Below, piece after piece: positions 25,714 to 37,898 of a stretch of DNA of 64,000 nt. The translations under genes and the position numbers were made by a program. The notes below the pieces were generated by a model that ran no database searches, was not told where the DNA came from, and saw nothing but the letters and a program-made list of their open reading frames with translations. The number at the start of each line of letters is the position of its first letter. Position 1 is the first letter of the stretch. The stretch comes from Scenedesmus sp. PABB004 (taxonomy: Eukaryota), in contig JABVCE010000010.1 in NCBI GenBank assembly GCA_014905635.1, positions 1,178,001-1,242,000 of the forward strand, read 5' to 3'.

Positions 25714-28700
25714 ATGCGGGATGTGATGGGGCTCTGGCTGCTGGCGCTGCTCCTGGCGGCGCCCGTGCTGGGCTCCGGCGCGGAAGCCAACGCGTCCATC
25801 ACGCCCCCGGCGCCGGAGCCCGCGGGCGGGGCGCGCGCGCTGCTGCAGAGCGGCGTGTCCTGCGCGCCCCAGATCCCCGCCTGCACGGCGCGGCGCTGCA
25901 CCACCCGCATCGTGGCCAACAAGGAGACATACGTCTGCCTGCGCTGCAAGCCGGGCTACGTGCCCGTGCTCGGCGCCGACCGGCGCAGCATCGTGCAGTG
26001 CGGTGAGTCCCGGGCGCACAGCGCCCAGCGCGCAGCCCGGCGCCGGCGGCGGCTTTGCGGGCGCGCCAGGCAGCGGCGCCGCGCGCAGGTGATGCCGCGC
26101 GTCGTTCGCTCACGCGCGCCCCTCGCCCCCGCCCGCCGCAGTCTGCCCGCGAGGGCTGTGGGAGTCGCCGGTCACCAACAGCTGTGTGGAGTGCGGGCGC
26201 GGCTTCACGTGCGCGGGCGGCGACCGCGCCGCGACGCGGCCGAGCGACGACCGCGGCAGCCGGCGGGCCTGCAACCCAAAGGACACCGTCGGGCTGACCA
26301 CAGTCAGCACGCGCGCCACTGCGCTCAGCGAATGCGGTGGGTGCCCGCGGCGGCGCGCGGCTGCGGCGCAACGGCTCCCAGCGCGCGGGCGGCCGCCGCT
26401 GACCCCCACCCCCTCTGCCCTCTCCGCAGTCGCGCTCGCGGGGTATGCGCTGCCGCGCGCGACTGGCATGGCGGCGGTGGAGTGCCCCGCCAGCACCTAC
26501 ACGCCGGCGCTCAACCGGCTGAGGTCCTGCCTCCCCTGCCAGTCGGGCCTCAGAGAGGACCCAGCGTTCACTGCGAGCGGCACGCCGCGCGGCAGCCGCA
26601 CAGATGTGTGCAGTGAGTGGCACCGCGGCGCGGCGCGCCGGGCCGCCGCCGCAGCCCGCCGCCCGGCGCGGCGCGCGACACGGCGCGGCGTGCGCTCACC
26701 CCGCGCCGCGCGCGCTCGCAGAGGTGCCGCCCGGCAAGTTCTGGGAGCTCAACGTCGTCCGCGACTGCCCCAAGGGCCTCTACCGCGAGGGCTTTGCCAA
26801 CACCACGGACGCGGCAGCCATCCGCTGCCTCTCCTGCCCCGAGGGCTGGACCACGTCCGGCACGGCCGCCACGTCCGTGCTCGCCTGCAACCGTGAGCGC
26901 CCCGCGCCCCGCACGCGCCCGCCGGCGCCGCCGCCGTCCGCCCCGCGCGCGCGCAGCGGGCTCACGCATGTCTGCCCTCCCCCACACCGCCCGCAGGGCT
27001 GCTGCCCGGCTTCAAGGTGACGTCCCTGGAGGCCGGCGGCCAGCCGGGCCTCGCCCAGGAGGACTCCATCCTTGGCTCGCCGACGGAGGCCTGCCCGCTC
27101 GGCTTCTACTTTGACGGCGCGCCCGGGACCTTTGGCTGCCAGCGCTGCCCCTTTGGCACGGTCACGCGCGAGCGCGGCACCGAGAGCGCCAACGACTGCC
27201 TCGTGCCGCCCGGCTACTACGTGCAGGCGCCGCCCGGCGAGGCGCCGCGCCTCGCCAAGTGCCCCACCAACGTCACCGCCGCCGCCGACGGCCCGCCCAG
27301 CGGCTTCTACCGCACCGGCTGGGTGCCGCCCACGCCGGCCGTGATGGACGCCGACGGCACAAAGGCGTGCACGCCGTGCGGGGTCGGCATCCTCAGCAAG
27401 TGGGCCGACCCAGACGAGCAGACCGACGTCGCGGTGCTGCGGGCCACCGCGGTCAACGGCACCGGCGAGGCCGCCGCCGCGGCTGCGGCCGCCGTGGCGA
27501 GCGCCAGCGCCCAAGACCCGGGGTATGGCTGGGTCGCGAGCTCCTCCGCCTCTTGCTGTGAGTCGCGCCGCCCGCCGCGCGCCGCATGCCGCGCGTCGCG
27601 GCCCGCACGCCCCTGGGCAGCGTGTCCGCCGCTGTCTGTCACTCATGCCCTGCGCGCGCCCCGCTCACCCACAGACATCAAGGCCGGCTGGGGCATCACG
27701 TTTGACCCCGCTGACTTCAGCAAGCTCCGCGCGGTCATCCCCTGCCCCGCCAACACCTACGGCGTCGCCGGCGACACGTTCGGCCTCTACCTCATGCCCT
27801 GCAAGGTGCGCGCCCTGCAGCCCCGCCGCCCGCAGTTGGCACAGCACGCGCAGCCGGCCGCGCGCGCCGCCGCGGCCGCGCCGCCGCGGCGCCGCGCGCC
27901 TCGCGCCGGCGCAAAGCGCCGACGCCGCCCGCCTGCCCGCGCCGCCGCGCAGTCGTGCACCAAGAACCTGAAGTCGGCGCCCGGCTCCAGCTCCGCCGCC
28001 GACTGCAAGAACCCCGCCGGCTTTGGCTACACCTCGGAGGGCGCCAACCAGTGCCCCGACGGCTTCTGGGCGGCCGCGGCGAGCATGGACCCGTGCGAGC
28101 CGTGCCCCGAGGGGCGGTACACTGACTACTTCCCCGGCGACGGGCAGTACCAGTCGTCGATCGATTCCTGCAAGGCACGCAGCGCCCGCCCGCCCGCAGC
28201 CCCGCCGGCCGCCGCGGCGCCCGCCACGCGCTGGCGCACGCGTGTTTGTTGTCCGGCTCACCCCGCCCCGCGGCGCGCGCGCAGGTGCCCAAGGGCTATG
28301 GCGTGTTCAACGGCCTCGCGGACGACCCCTGGGCGCCCGAGGCGCCCAGCGCGTCCATGGGCGTGCGGCAGTGCCCCGACGGCTTCTCCAGCCCCGGCGA
28401 CCAGGAGCTTGGGGGCAACACGAGCAACCCCGTGTGCACACGCTGTGCCGCGGGCTCCGCCACGTCCGGCCCCGGCGCCGAGAGCTGCAACGGTGAGCGC
28501 GCGCGCGCAGCACGGCCGGCGCCCGCGTGCGCTGGCCTGCCGCGCCGCCGCCGCCGCGCCGCCGCCGCCGCGCCGCCTCACCCCGCCCGCCGCCGCCGCG
28601 TGCGCAGTGTGCATGGCCGGCTGGGGCGGCCCGCCCGGCGCGTGCGCGGTGTGCCCGCGCAACACCTACCAGCCCGGCGCCGAGTGGGGCGACGGCTCGA

Positions 28701-29725
28701 CGTGCCGCCCCTGCCCCAGGACGGTGTGGAACCACAACGTCGGCGACGCGGTGACCAGCTACGGCATCACCTTTCACGACGGCTCGCCCACGCCCTACAT
28801 GTGCGTCCCACGCTACTCGCAGACCGCCAAGCCCGCGGGCGACCGGCTCGCGCTGCCAGACAGCATGTTCCGCGCCGTGCCGGGCGCGACCGACCCCGGC
28901 GCGTGCGCGGCGGCGTGCCCGCGCGACGCGTGCTGCGTGGCCGAGTTTGACGCCGAGTTTGGGTCGGGCTGCCGCCACGCGGTGCTGCCGGCGGCGAGCC
29001 CCGCGTCGGTCGTCGCGTCGGTCAGCGCCGGCGCCGACGCGCCGCGGCTCTACTACAAGCTCCCGCCCAGCGACCTCATCGCGGCGGCCAGCATCGGCAA
29101 CGGCAGCGCGCTCGCCGGCCGCGTGACCGCCAAGTCGGCGGCTGCGCCCGGCAACGCGACCGCGCCGCCGCTGAGCCGCGTCGAGGCCAAGACCTGGGCG
29201 TCGGGCGTCTACGCGGTGTGCGACCTCAGCGCGTACGCGGACGAGGCCGCCGGCGGCTGGATCGGCACCTCGCCCGACCCCTACATGGTCGAGGCGGGGC
29301 GAGACGCGATCGAGTGGGACGTGCCGGGGCTGTGCGCGGGCGAGTCGGAGTGCCAGCGCTCGTGCGCGGCGAGCTCGTCGTGCTGGGGCTTCCTCTACGT
29401 CCCCGGCAAGGGCTACGCGCTGCGCACGGGCGAGGTCGCGATCGCGGTGCGCACGTTCTTCGTGAGCCCCGACCCCGAGACGCCGCTGCCGGCGCCGCCC
29501 ACGACGCTGCCGGACCCCAGCGGCGACGCGGCGCCGGACCCCAGCGGCGACGCGGCGCCGGCGCCCGCTGGCGACACGGCGCCGACGCCCGCCGGCGACC
29601 CGCAGCCGGCCCCCAGCGGCGACCCGGCCGCCGGCAACGGCAGCGCCGACGCTGGCGCGCCGGCGGCCGGGCCGGTAGTGCAGGACCCGGCGCTCGACGG
29701 CAGCCTCGCCTCGCCCTCGCCCTGA
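25714..29725 (+). CDS. Diverged paralogue D of the secreted Cys-rich protein, with Pro/Asp/Gly-rich C-terminal tail, ~9 exons
   Basis: Signal peptide MRDVMGLWLLALLLAAPVLG, RALLQSGVSCAPQIPACTARRCTTRI, VPPGKFWELNVVRDCPKGLYR, DIKAGWGITFDPADF, YKLPPS, CWGFLYVP shared with copy A; tail of PDPSGDAA-like repeats. Confidence 0.88.
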
Positions 29726-30427
29726 CGCGGTGGCGGCGCCGCGTCCAGCACAGCATGGTGTGTGCCCCCAATAACACCGCGGGCAACGCCACACGCGCGC
29801 ACGCGCGCATGCGCCAGGCACGGCCCTGACACCCATTGCGCTCATTAGCATGTTTGTGTCTCTCCTTGCGTGTGTCCCGTGTGCACAGTGTAGCAGATGC
29901 ACAGGCTAGCTAGACAGGTGAAGATGGCATTATTGGGGCCCTCAGAAGCCGCTGCAGCTGCAGCAGGCGACGATCAGGCCTCTGCAGTCGACTGCTGAGT
30001 GTGTGACGGTCTTCGCCTGTCTGGCACGAGGCCCACGTAGCACTGTGCACACATGTGGCCTGCTGCACGCATGGGGTGCTGCAAAGCGCCCGCGCAGCAC
30101 CAGCCAACCACCCCAATAATGCCAATAAGCTGCCGTCACCGGTGGCAGCGTGCTGCCACCCACTGCTGCGGCGCCGCCACTCAGTGGCGGTCGCTGCCTG
30201 GGCTGGCGGCCGCTGCCACGTGCTGGCGCGGCACGTGTGCGAACGAGGCGGTCGCCCACTCCATGCTGCTCCCCTGGCAGGCCGAGCGCCGCCCTGGCGG
30301 CGCACCCGCGCGTCCAGCTCCCCGGCCCCGATTCCAACCTGCGCCGCGCCGCTAAGTGAGTAACGCACCGGCGAGCGAACCGGCGCGTGCGCAGATCCGT
30401 CAGCCCGTTACAGCACGGCGGCGGGTC

Positions 30428-31661
30428 TCACGGCCCGCCCCCGCCAGCGTCGGCATCTGGCAGGCCGAAGAACGCGCGCGCGACGGCGCTGGTCCGCGCC
30501 GCGACCGCCGCCTCGTCCTGCCCCAGCGCCGCCGCGACCGCGGACAGCACGTGCGGCAGCAGCGCCGGCTCGTTGCGGCTCGGCCGCGCCTTGGACGGCG
30601 TGATGCTGCGCGGCACGAGGTAGGGCGCGTCCGTCTCGATCATGAGCCGGTCGGGCGGGATGCGCGGCAGCAGCGCCGCGAGCTCCGCGCCGCCGCGCTC
30701 GGGCGGTCGTCCGCGATCCACCCCGTGATGCCGATGCAGAGCCCCAGGTCGAGGCACGCGGCCAGCTCGTCGCCGTTGCCTGTGAAGCAGTGCAGCACGC
30801 CGCGCACGCCCGCGGGGCCGCCCACGTCCGCGCCGCGCAGAATCTCCGCGAAGCGCGCGCCCGCGTCGCGGCAGTGCATGAAGAGCGGCTTGCGCAGCTC
30901 CAGCGCGAGCGCGACCTGCGCCTCGAACCAGCGCTCCTGCACGTCCGGCGGGCTGAAGTTGCGGTTGAAATCCAGCCCGCACTCGCCTGCCGCCGGCGGC
31001 GCGCGGCGGCGGTGCGGCGCGCGGCGGTGGCGCGGCGCGCGGCGTCGGCGCGGCGTCGGCGCGGTGGGGGCGCCGCCCGCGCCGGGCGCGCCGGGCGCGC
31101 ACCGATCGCGACGCAGCGCGGGTGGCACGCGAGGTCGCGCAGCGCGTCGAGCGTCGCGCCGTCGCAGTCCTTGGCGTTGTGCGGGTGCACGCCGGCGGTG
31201 AAGTAGAGGGGGTAGCCGGCCTCGGCCTCGCACAGCGCGCGCGCCGCGCGCGCCGAGGCCACGGTGCAGCCAGTCACCACGATTGCGGCCACGCCCGCCT
31301 CGCGCGCGCGCGCGATCACCGTGTCGCGGTCCTGCCGGCGGCCGGTGCGCGCGCGTGGGCGGGCGGCGGTCGGCCGGCGGCGGTGGCGCGCGCTGCAGCA
31401 GCCCCCCCGCGGGCCGGGCGGTGGGGTCCCGGTCGGGCGCGCCTTGTCAAAGGCGCCGTCCACGAGGTTGACGCCAACGTCTATCAGCGGCACGGGCGAC
31501 CGCCGGAGCTGCGCTGCGACCAGCTCGCCCTGGGAGAGCTTCGCCTTGGTCATCACGCCGCTGCTGCGGCGCACCGGCGAGCGGACCGAGCCCTGGAGCG
31601 GGCTCCGCAGCAGCAGCAGCGAGCGTATGAGCGAGCCCTGGCGCGCGCTCCGCAGCAGCAT
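30428..31661 (-). CDS. TATD: TatD-family DNase (spliced); apparent 1-nt frameshift near 30700
   Basis: [73 protein letters not shown]-terminal extension looks like a targeting peptide. Confidence 0.92.
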
Positions 31662-31864
31662 GCCCGGGCGGCAGCTGGCGCAGCGGCAGCAGCAGCGGCT
31701 CGTGTCGCAGGGGCACGCACTGGGGCTGCGGCGCGCAAAAACGAGCCGAGCGGGGCTGACTAGCTGGGAGCCGCGCTGGCTGGGCGAGGCGGCGCTCGCG
31801 CACGAAGTGCGCACGAAGCGGCAGCAGCGGTTGCTCGGGTGACGTGGTTCTGCTGGTCCGCCTC

Positions 31865-33903
31865 TCACGCGAGCAGCGCCGACGGCGGCGGCCGCACCAG
31901 CCCCAGCACCGCGCCCTGCGCGCTGAGCAGGTCCACGCAGCCGCGGGCCCCCGCGACGGCGAGCATCCCGCTGCCGCCGGGGTCGGCGCGGACGGCAAAG
32001 GCCGACTCCGCGCCGACGTCGAACGAGTGCACCTCCTCCAGCTGGAAGCTGTACTGGTGCACCTTGCGGTCCGTGCCCGCCATCAGCACCGCGCCAGGCG
32101 ACAGCAGCAGCGCCTGCGCGCGACAGACGCGCACCGCCTCAGCGGCGGCGGCGGCGGACGAGCGGGCGGCGGGCCGCGGCGCGCGCCCCGCCTGTCGCGG
32201 GCGGGCGCACCTGGGGGATGCACGCGCTGGTGGACTTGTGCCGCGCGAGCTCGTTGCTGACTGCGTTCCAGAGCGTGAGGCTGCCCGCGGCGTTGCCGAG
32301 GACGAGCCACTGCCCGCCGCTGCCCCACTTGACGCACGTCACGGGGCTGCGCCGCCGGCCGTTTGCGTCTGGGAGTGAGCGGCGCTCGCGGGCCGGCCCG
32401 CGCGCGCGCCGCCGCAACGAGCGCGCGCCGCCGCAGCGAGCGCGCGCCGCCGCAGCGAGCGCGCGCGGCCGCAGCGAGCGCGCGCCGCCGCAGCGCGGAC
32501 CGCACCTGCCCTTGACGCAGCGCAGCAGCTCCAGCGGCTGCCCCGGCGGCACCGTGCGCTCCTCCCAGGGGTTGATGATCGCCACACAGCGCCGCGCCGC
32601 CGGCTCCCACACGCGCACGGTGCCGTCCTGCGCGGCGCGCGCGCACAATGTGGTGTTGCCGCCGCTGGGCGCCCACGCATCGGCCGGCGCGCCCGCCCCG
32701 CCCGCCGCGCGCGCACCTCGGAGCCCGACGCGAGCTGGGACGTGGCGGGGCACAGGTCCAGCGCCAGCACCGCCGCCGCGTGGCCCGGCAGCGAGCTCAG
32801 CGCGCCGCTCGCCGCAGCCGCGTCGCGCCCCGCCGCCAGCAGCCGGCGCACGTCAAGCACGTGAACGCCGCCGTCGCTGCCGCCTGCGGCGGCGGGCGCC
32901 AGGCGGCGTCGGCGGCGCCGCCGCCGGCGGCGGCGGGCGGGCGGCGGGCGGCGCCGGCTGCGGCGCGAGCCCCTGGCTGCGGCGCGGCGCGCACCAGCAA
33001 ACAGCTGCGCCGTTGCGGGGTCGGCTGCGAGCGCCTGCGCCGCGGGCTGGCTGCCCTCCGACACGCCCAGCGGGTTTTGCACGTGCGGCAGCCGCACCGC
33101 GCCGGCGACTGGCGGCGGCGGCGCGCCGCCGGCGCTGTCCTGCTGGCCGCCCTCGGCCGTCGCTGCCGCCGCTGCGGCGACGATGTCCGCCACGCGCCAC
33201 ACGCGCACCCAGCCGTCGTCGCCGGCGGTGGCGAACAGCGCGCCCAGCTCTGCACGCGGCGACGGCGGCGGCGTGACGCGCCGCGCAGGCCCCTGGTGCC
33301 CGGCGCCCGCCCGCCCGCCCGCCCGCCCGCCCGCCGCCAGCGCTGCGGCGCACCCGCCGACTCCAGCAGCGCCAGGGCATAGACGGGCCCGTCGTGGCCC
33401 CGCCAGCTCAGCTCCGCGCCCGCCTGGCCCTTGCTGCCCAGCCAGGACGCGCACACGCGCTTCCAGTTGAACACCCTGCGGCGCGTGGCGGCGGCGGCGG
33501 TCGGCGGGCGCGCTCGCTGGCCGCCCCGGCGCAGCGGACCCCCGGCGGCAGCGCGGCTGCTGCGCGCCCACCGAACGTCGCCGCTGTGGTAGCCCGCCGC
33601 CAGCAGGCCATCAGCGCCCGGCAGGAACGCCACGTCATACACCGTGTTGAACTGCTCGCGCAGGCTGCGCGCGGCCGCGGCCAGCGGCGGCGTGAGCGCG
33701 TGCGCTCGCCGCGCGTCTGCCGTTGCCGCCGCGCTCACTTGTCCACCACTGCGGCGCAGCAGTCGTCCTCGTCCCAGCCCCTGCGCGGACGGGCAGGGGC
33801 CTGCGCTGAGCGGAGCTCGCGAGCAGCGGCGGCACCGGGCGGCGCCGCTGCCGCGCGGCAGCGCGCACCGGCAGCTCCAGGGCTGCGTCGTGTACTTGGC
33901 CAT
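31865..33903 (-). CDS. THOC6: WD40 protein, THO complex subunit 6-like (spliced; start approximate)
   Basis: WDEDD near the N-terminus, GHDGPVY, TAGDDGWVRVW, GH...LASGSE/DGTVRVW, LAVAGARGCVDLLSAQG; order matches plant THOC6/DWA1. Confidence 0.8.
32413..32496. repeat. ~19-bp tandem repeat (~4 units) in a THOC6 intron
   Basis: Repeated CGCAGCGAGCGCGCGCCGC units. Confidence 0.7.
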
Positions 33904-34188
33904 GACTGCCCGCCTGCGGTGGCAACCCTTGCGACCTGCCCCGGTGTGGCGGCGCATCGCTGGCGACGGCGGCAGCAGCGCGCGCGGCAGCGGCGCCTGA
34001 AACCCCGAGACTCTCCAGCTCCCCCTTCAGCTGTGTCCTTGCTCCGATCCTCCGCCGCCTGGGCACCGTCCGCCCTGGAACGCGCGGCTGTTGATGTGCG
34101 CGGTGGGAACAGATCGATCCACCTGCTCTCCCGCCCCCACCAGCGCCCGGGCGTGGCGAACGGCCCTGTCCTCAGTGCACCACGCGAC

Positions 34189-35297
34189 ATGACGCAGCTC
34201 ACCCGCCAGATCGCGGCGCTAGCGGCCCTGCTGCTTGCGACGGCGGCGGCGCCCGCTGCTGCGGCGCGGTCGGTGCCGCCCGCGGCAGTGGGGCTGTCGG
34301 AGCCCGTGCGCGTCGAGCTCTACATGGAGGCCCTCTGCCCGTGCGCGGCCAGCTCTGGGGACAGCTCCGCGCGGCCCGCCGACGACCGCGCGCCGGCCGC
34401 CGACCTCGCGCACCGACCCCCGCGGCGCCCGCGCGCGCCGCCGCAGCTACTGCGCAAACTTCACGCTCACGGGCCTGGCGCCGCTGTTTGAGAGCAAGCT
34501 CAGCAACTATGTACAGCTCGATGTCATCCCCTGGGGCAACGCGCGCGTCGACGCCGACGGCGCGGTGCAGTGCCAGCACGGGCCGCTCGAGTGCGCGCTG
34601 AACAAGCTGCTCTCCTGCGCGCTCGCGCTCGAGCCGGAGCAGGACGACTGGTGCGCGGCGCGGGCGCGCGCGCGGCGGCGCGGGCGCGGCGGCGCGGGCG
34701 CGGCCGCGGCGGCGCGGCACACGGCGCCGCGCCGCGCCGGCGGCAGGTTCCCCTTTCTGAGCTGCGCGGAGGACCTGGCGCTGAAAAACGCGAAGCGCAA
34801 GCCCATGCCCGAGGAGGTCGCGGGCGTGTGCGGCAAGCACGCGGGCATGCCGCCGGGCAAGCTGATCGCCTGCCTGAAGGGTGCGGGCGCGGGCCGCGCG
34901 TGCGCGGGCCGCGGCGGCGCCGCTGCCGCGGAGCGCGCCCCACGCCGCGCGCGGCGCGCCGCAGGCGAGCTCGGCGACTCGCTGCAGCGCCTCGCGCGCG
35001 AGCGCACCGAGTCGCTGCAGCCGGCGCACCGCTGGGTGCCGTGGCTGGTGGTCAACGGCATCCCTGTGAACGACATCGACTCCGTGGCGACCTACATCTG
35101 CGTCGCCCTCGGCGCCCACGAGTGGTGCGTTCCCACCGCCGCGCGTGTGTGCGGCCGCTGCTGCCCCCGCGCGGCGTGGCACGACGCAGCCCCGCTGCGC
35201 CTGCTCACACTCGGCCTGGCGCGCGCGCGGCCGCCGCAGGCCGGAGGCCTGCAAGCACCTGCCGGTCCCGGAGGAGGACACGCTGGCGCCGGCGTAG
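34189..35297 (+). CDS. GILT: GILT-family (gamma-interferon-inducible lysosomal) thiol reductase, 5 exons
   Basis: Signal peptide, VELYMEALCP/YC (CxxC split by an intron), IPWGNA, CQHGPLECALN, WVPWLVVNG; stop TAG 35295-35297. Confidence 0.92.
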
Positions 35298-35393
35298 CTA
35301 GCCTGGTGGCCAGGGCTGCTGATGCTGTGCGGAGGCGTCCGGGCCGCGCCACTGAACCGGTTGCCGCCGGGCCGCGCCGCCCTCGCCGCGCGC

Positions 35394-35506
35394 TCACAGC
35401 CCCAGCTGGCACGCCGCGCCTGGGCGCAGCTGCGCGCCGCCCGGCCCCGCCGCCGCGTTCCCTGGCGGCCGCGCCACCTGCCGCGCGCCGCCTCCGGCGC
35501 CAGCGC

Positions 35507-35547
<41 letters not shown>

Positions 35548-37898
35548 CTCCGGCTGCTGCTGGGACCGCCACTGCCGCCGCTGCCACCGCCGCCGGGCAC
35601 GAAGCAGCTGCTCGCGAGCTGCGAGCCATGCAGGCGCGCGGCTGCGCGCCCCGTGCAGCGGCCGCCCGCCGCCGCGTCCTCCGCCGCCAGCTCTGCGAGG
35701 CTGCGTCGCTGCTGGTTTTGGTCTCTGTGATCGCGCGCGCGCGGCGGCGGCCCGCCTCAGCCGCCGCAAGGCCGGGCTCTTGGCCGCCAGCCTCACGAGC
35801 GAGGCGGCCAGCTGCCTGCGCCGGCGCGCACCTGCAGTTCCAGCACCCCAGCGTGGTGGGCGACTCGGGCTGCGCCGCGGGCGAGACGGGCCCGCCATCC
35901 CACACGAGGTCGAAGCCGCCCTGGCGGGCGGGGGGCCTGCTGCCGGGCTCGCGCCGCCCCTCCAGGTCGACGATGTCCAGCATGTCCTGCGCCGCCAGCG
36001 CGGCGGCGGGGCGGGGCGGAGCTGAGGTCGGGTGGCGCCGGCGTACCCGGCCGACGCGCGGTTGCGCGTGGCCTGGGCGGCCAGCGCGCACGTTGAGCAT
36101 GCCAAACTTGAGCTCCCAGTCGGCGCGGTCCGAGGCGGTGAGGCTGGGGCTCGCGTTGACCTCGAGCAGCCAGGGCTTGAGCGCGCTGTCGATGAGGACG
36201 TCGTAGCCGTAGAGCTGCAGCGGCGGCGGCGAGCAGCGGGGCGTCGCGCGGCGTCCAGCGCGGCGGCGACCGGCGCGGCGGCGACCGGCGCGGCGCGCGC
36301 GCCCCGGCGCGCTGCGCGCCTCAAAGGAGTGCTTGTCGTTGATCATCGCCGGCTGCACCGCGAGCAGCGCGCGCAGGACGACGCCCTGGATCGCGGCGAA
36401 GAGCTCGTTGGTCGCGTCCGCGCCTGTGGCGCGCGGGCAGGGGCTCAGCGCGCCGCGCGCCGCGCGGCCCGGGGCCGCCGCCCCGCCCCGCCCCGCCGCG
36501 CCCCGCCGCGCGGCGCGCACCGTGGCGGCTGGTGAGGTAGAGACGCAGGCTGCGGATGGGCCACTTCATGCCCCGGTGGAAGCCGGGCGTGTGCTTCTGG
36601 ATGGCCACGTTGGTGAGGTGCACGTAGGCGTTGCCGATGTCCTGCTTGCGCATGCTGAAGCGCACGTTGGTGAAGCGCGCAAAGCCGCTCCTGCGCGGCG
36701 CGGGCGCCGCGTCACGGCCCGCGGCGGCCCGGCGCGGCAGCCAGCAAGCTCCGCAGCCAGCCAGCGGCACACAGCCTGTGCACGACGCGCGCGCACCGGT
36801 AGAGGTGCACGCGTAGCGGCGCGTGGCTCGTAACGAGGGCATAGATGCGGAGGTCAAACTTCTTGCCGCCCACCAGGTAGGGCGCGTCGACGTAGCGCTG
36901 CGCGAGGTACGCCTCGGGCGGCTCCGCCGCCGCCGCGGCGCCGCCGCCGCCTCCGCCGGGCGGCGGCCGCGGCGCGCCGCCGGCGCCCGCGCCGCCGGCG
37001 CCCGCGCCGGCCTCCGGGCGCCACGTCGTGTCGCGCCGCCAGTCGCTGATCTGCGCGCGGCGACGCCCGGGGGCGCGGCGCTCGCGCGGCGCGGACGGGG
37101 ACAGGCCGGGCGCGGCGCGGCGCGGCGCGGCGCGGCGCGGCGCGCTCGGCGCTCGTCCTGCAAGCGCGGGCGCGCCTGGCTGAGCTTGTTGAACAGGAAG
37201 ATGCCCTGGCCCTGCGCGCGGCTGGTGGGCTTCATGATCCAGGTGCCGCCGCTGCGCTTGAACTCCTCCACAAACATGCGGTACTCGCCGGGCAGCACGT
37301 AGCTCGCAGGGAAGAACGCGTACGCGCCCGCCTCGGCGCCGCGGCCCTGCGCGCGCCGCGCGGCGGCGGCGGCGGCGGCGTCGCCGCGCGGCGCCGCACC
37401 GCGCCGCGCGGCCAGCCGCGGCGGGCCGTGCGGCCAGCGAGCGGCGGCGCGCGCCTCGCGCTCGAGCTGGCGCTTGGTGCGCTTGAGGTTTTTGATGAGC
37501 AGGTCCTTGCGCGTGAGCTCGTAGTGGTTGGGGAAGTGGTTGATGCGCTGCCAGTCGGCGAGGTGCGTCTTGTCGAGCTCGTGGTGGATCCAGCTGCGAG
37601 GCAGCAGCGGCGGTCGCCGCCGCCGCGCGCCGCTGCGGCGCGCGCCGGCTGGGGGCGCGCGGCCGCACCCTTTGTCGGCCCAGAAGAAGTCCCACGCCGT
37701 CTCGTGCTCCGTCTCCTGCCAGCCGGGCCGCGCGCGCAGCACGTCGTAGACCGTGTTCTTCAGCGACGAGCGCCACACGATCGGCCCCCTGCGGGCGGCA
37801 GCGGCGGCGGTCGGAGGCGCGCCAGGGAGCTCGCGGCCGCGCCGGCGGCAGGCCTGCGCCACCACGCACGGGGGCCGCCCGGCCGTCCGGCCGGACAT
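35394..37898 (-). CDS. TTLL9: Tubulin polyglutamylase, TTLL9-like (spliced)
   Basis: WDFFWAD, RINHFPNHYELTRKDLLIKNLKR, WIMKP..RAQGQGIFLF, GGKKFDLRIYALVTS, VHLTNVAIQK, NDKHSFE/LYGYDVLID, PWLLEVNASPSL, GGFDLVW. Confidence 0.88.
35506..35550. repeat. (CTG/CAG)n tract in the last TTLL exon (poly-Ser in the inferred frame)
   Basis: About 11 uninterrupted CTG units followed by interrupted ones. Confidence 0.8.

Noticed and set aside
31865..33903. WD40 gene as katanin p80 or Wdr8, completing a katanin cluster
   Set aside because: Motif order fits THOC6 much better.
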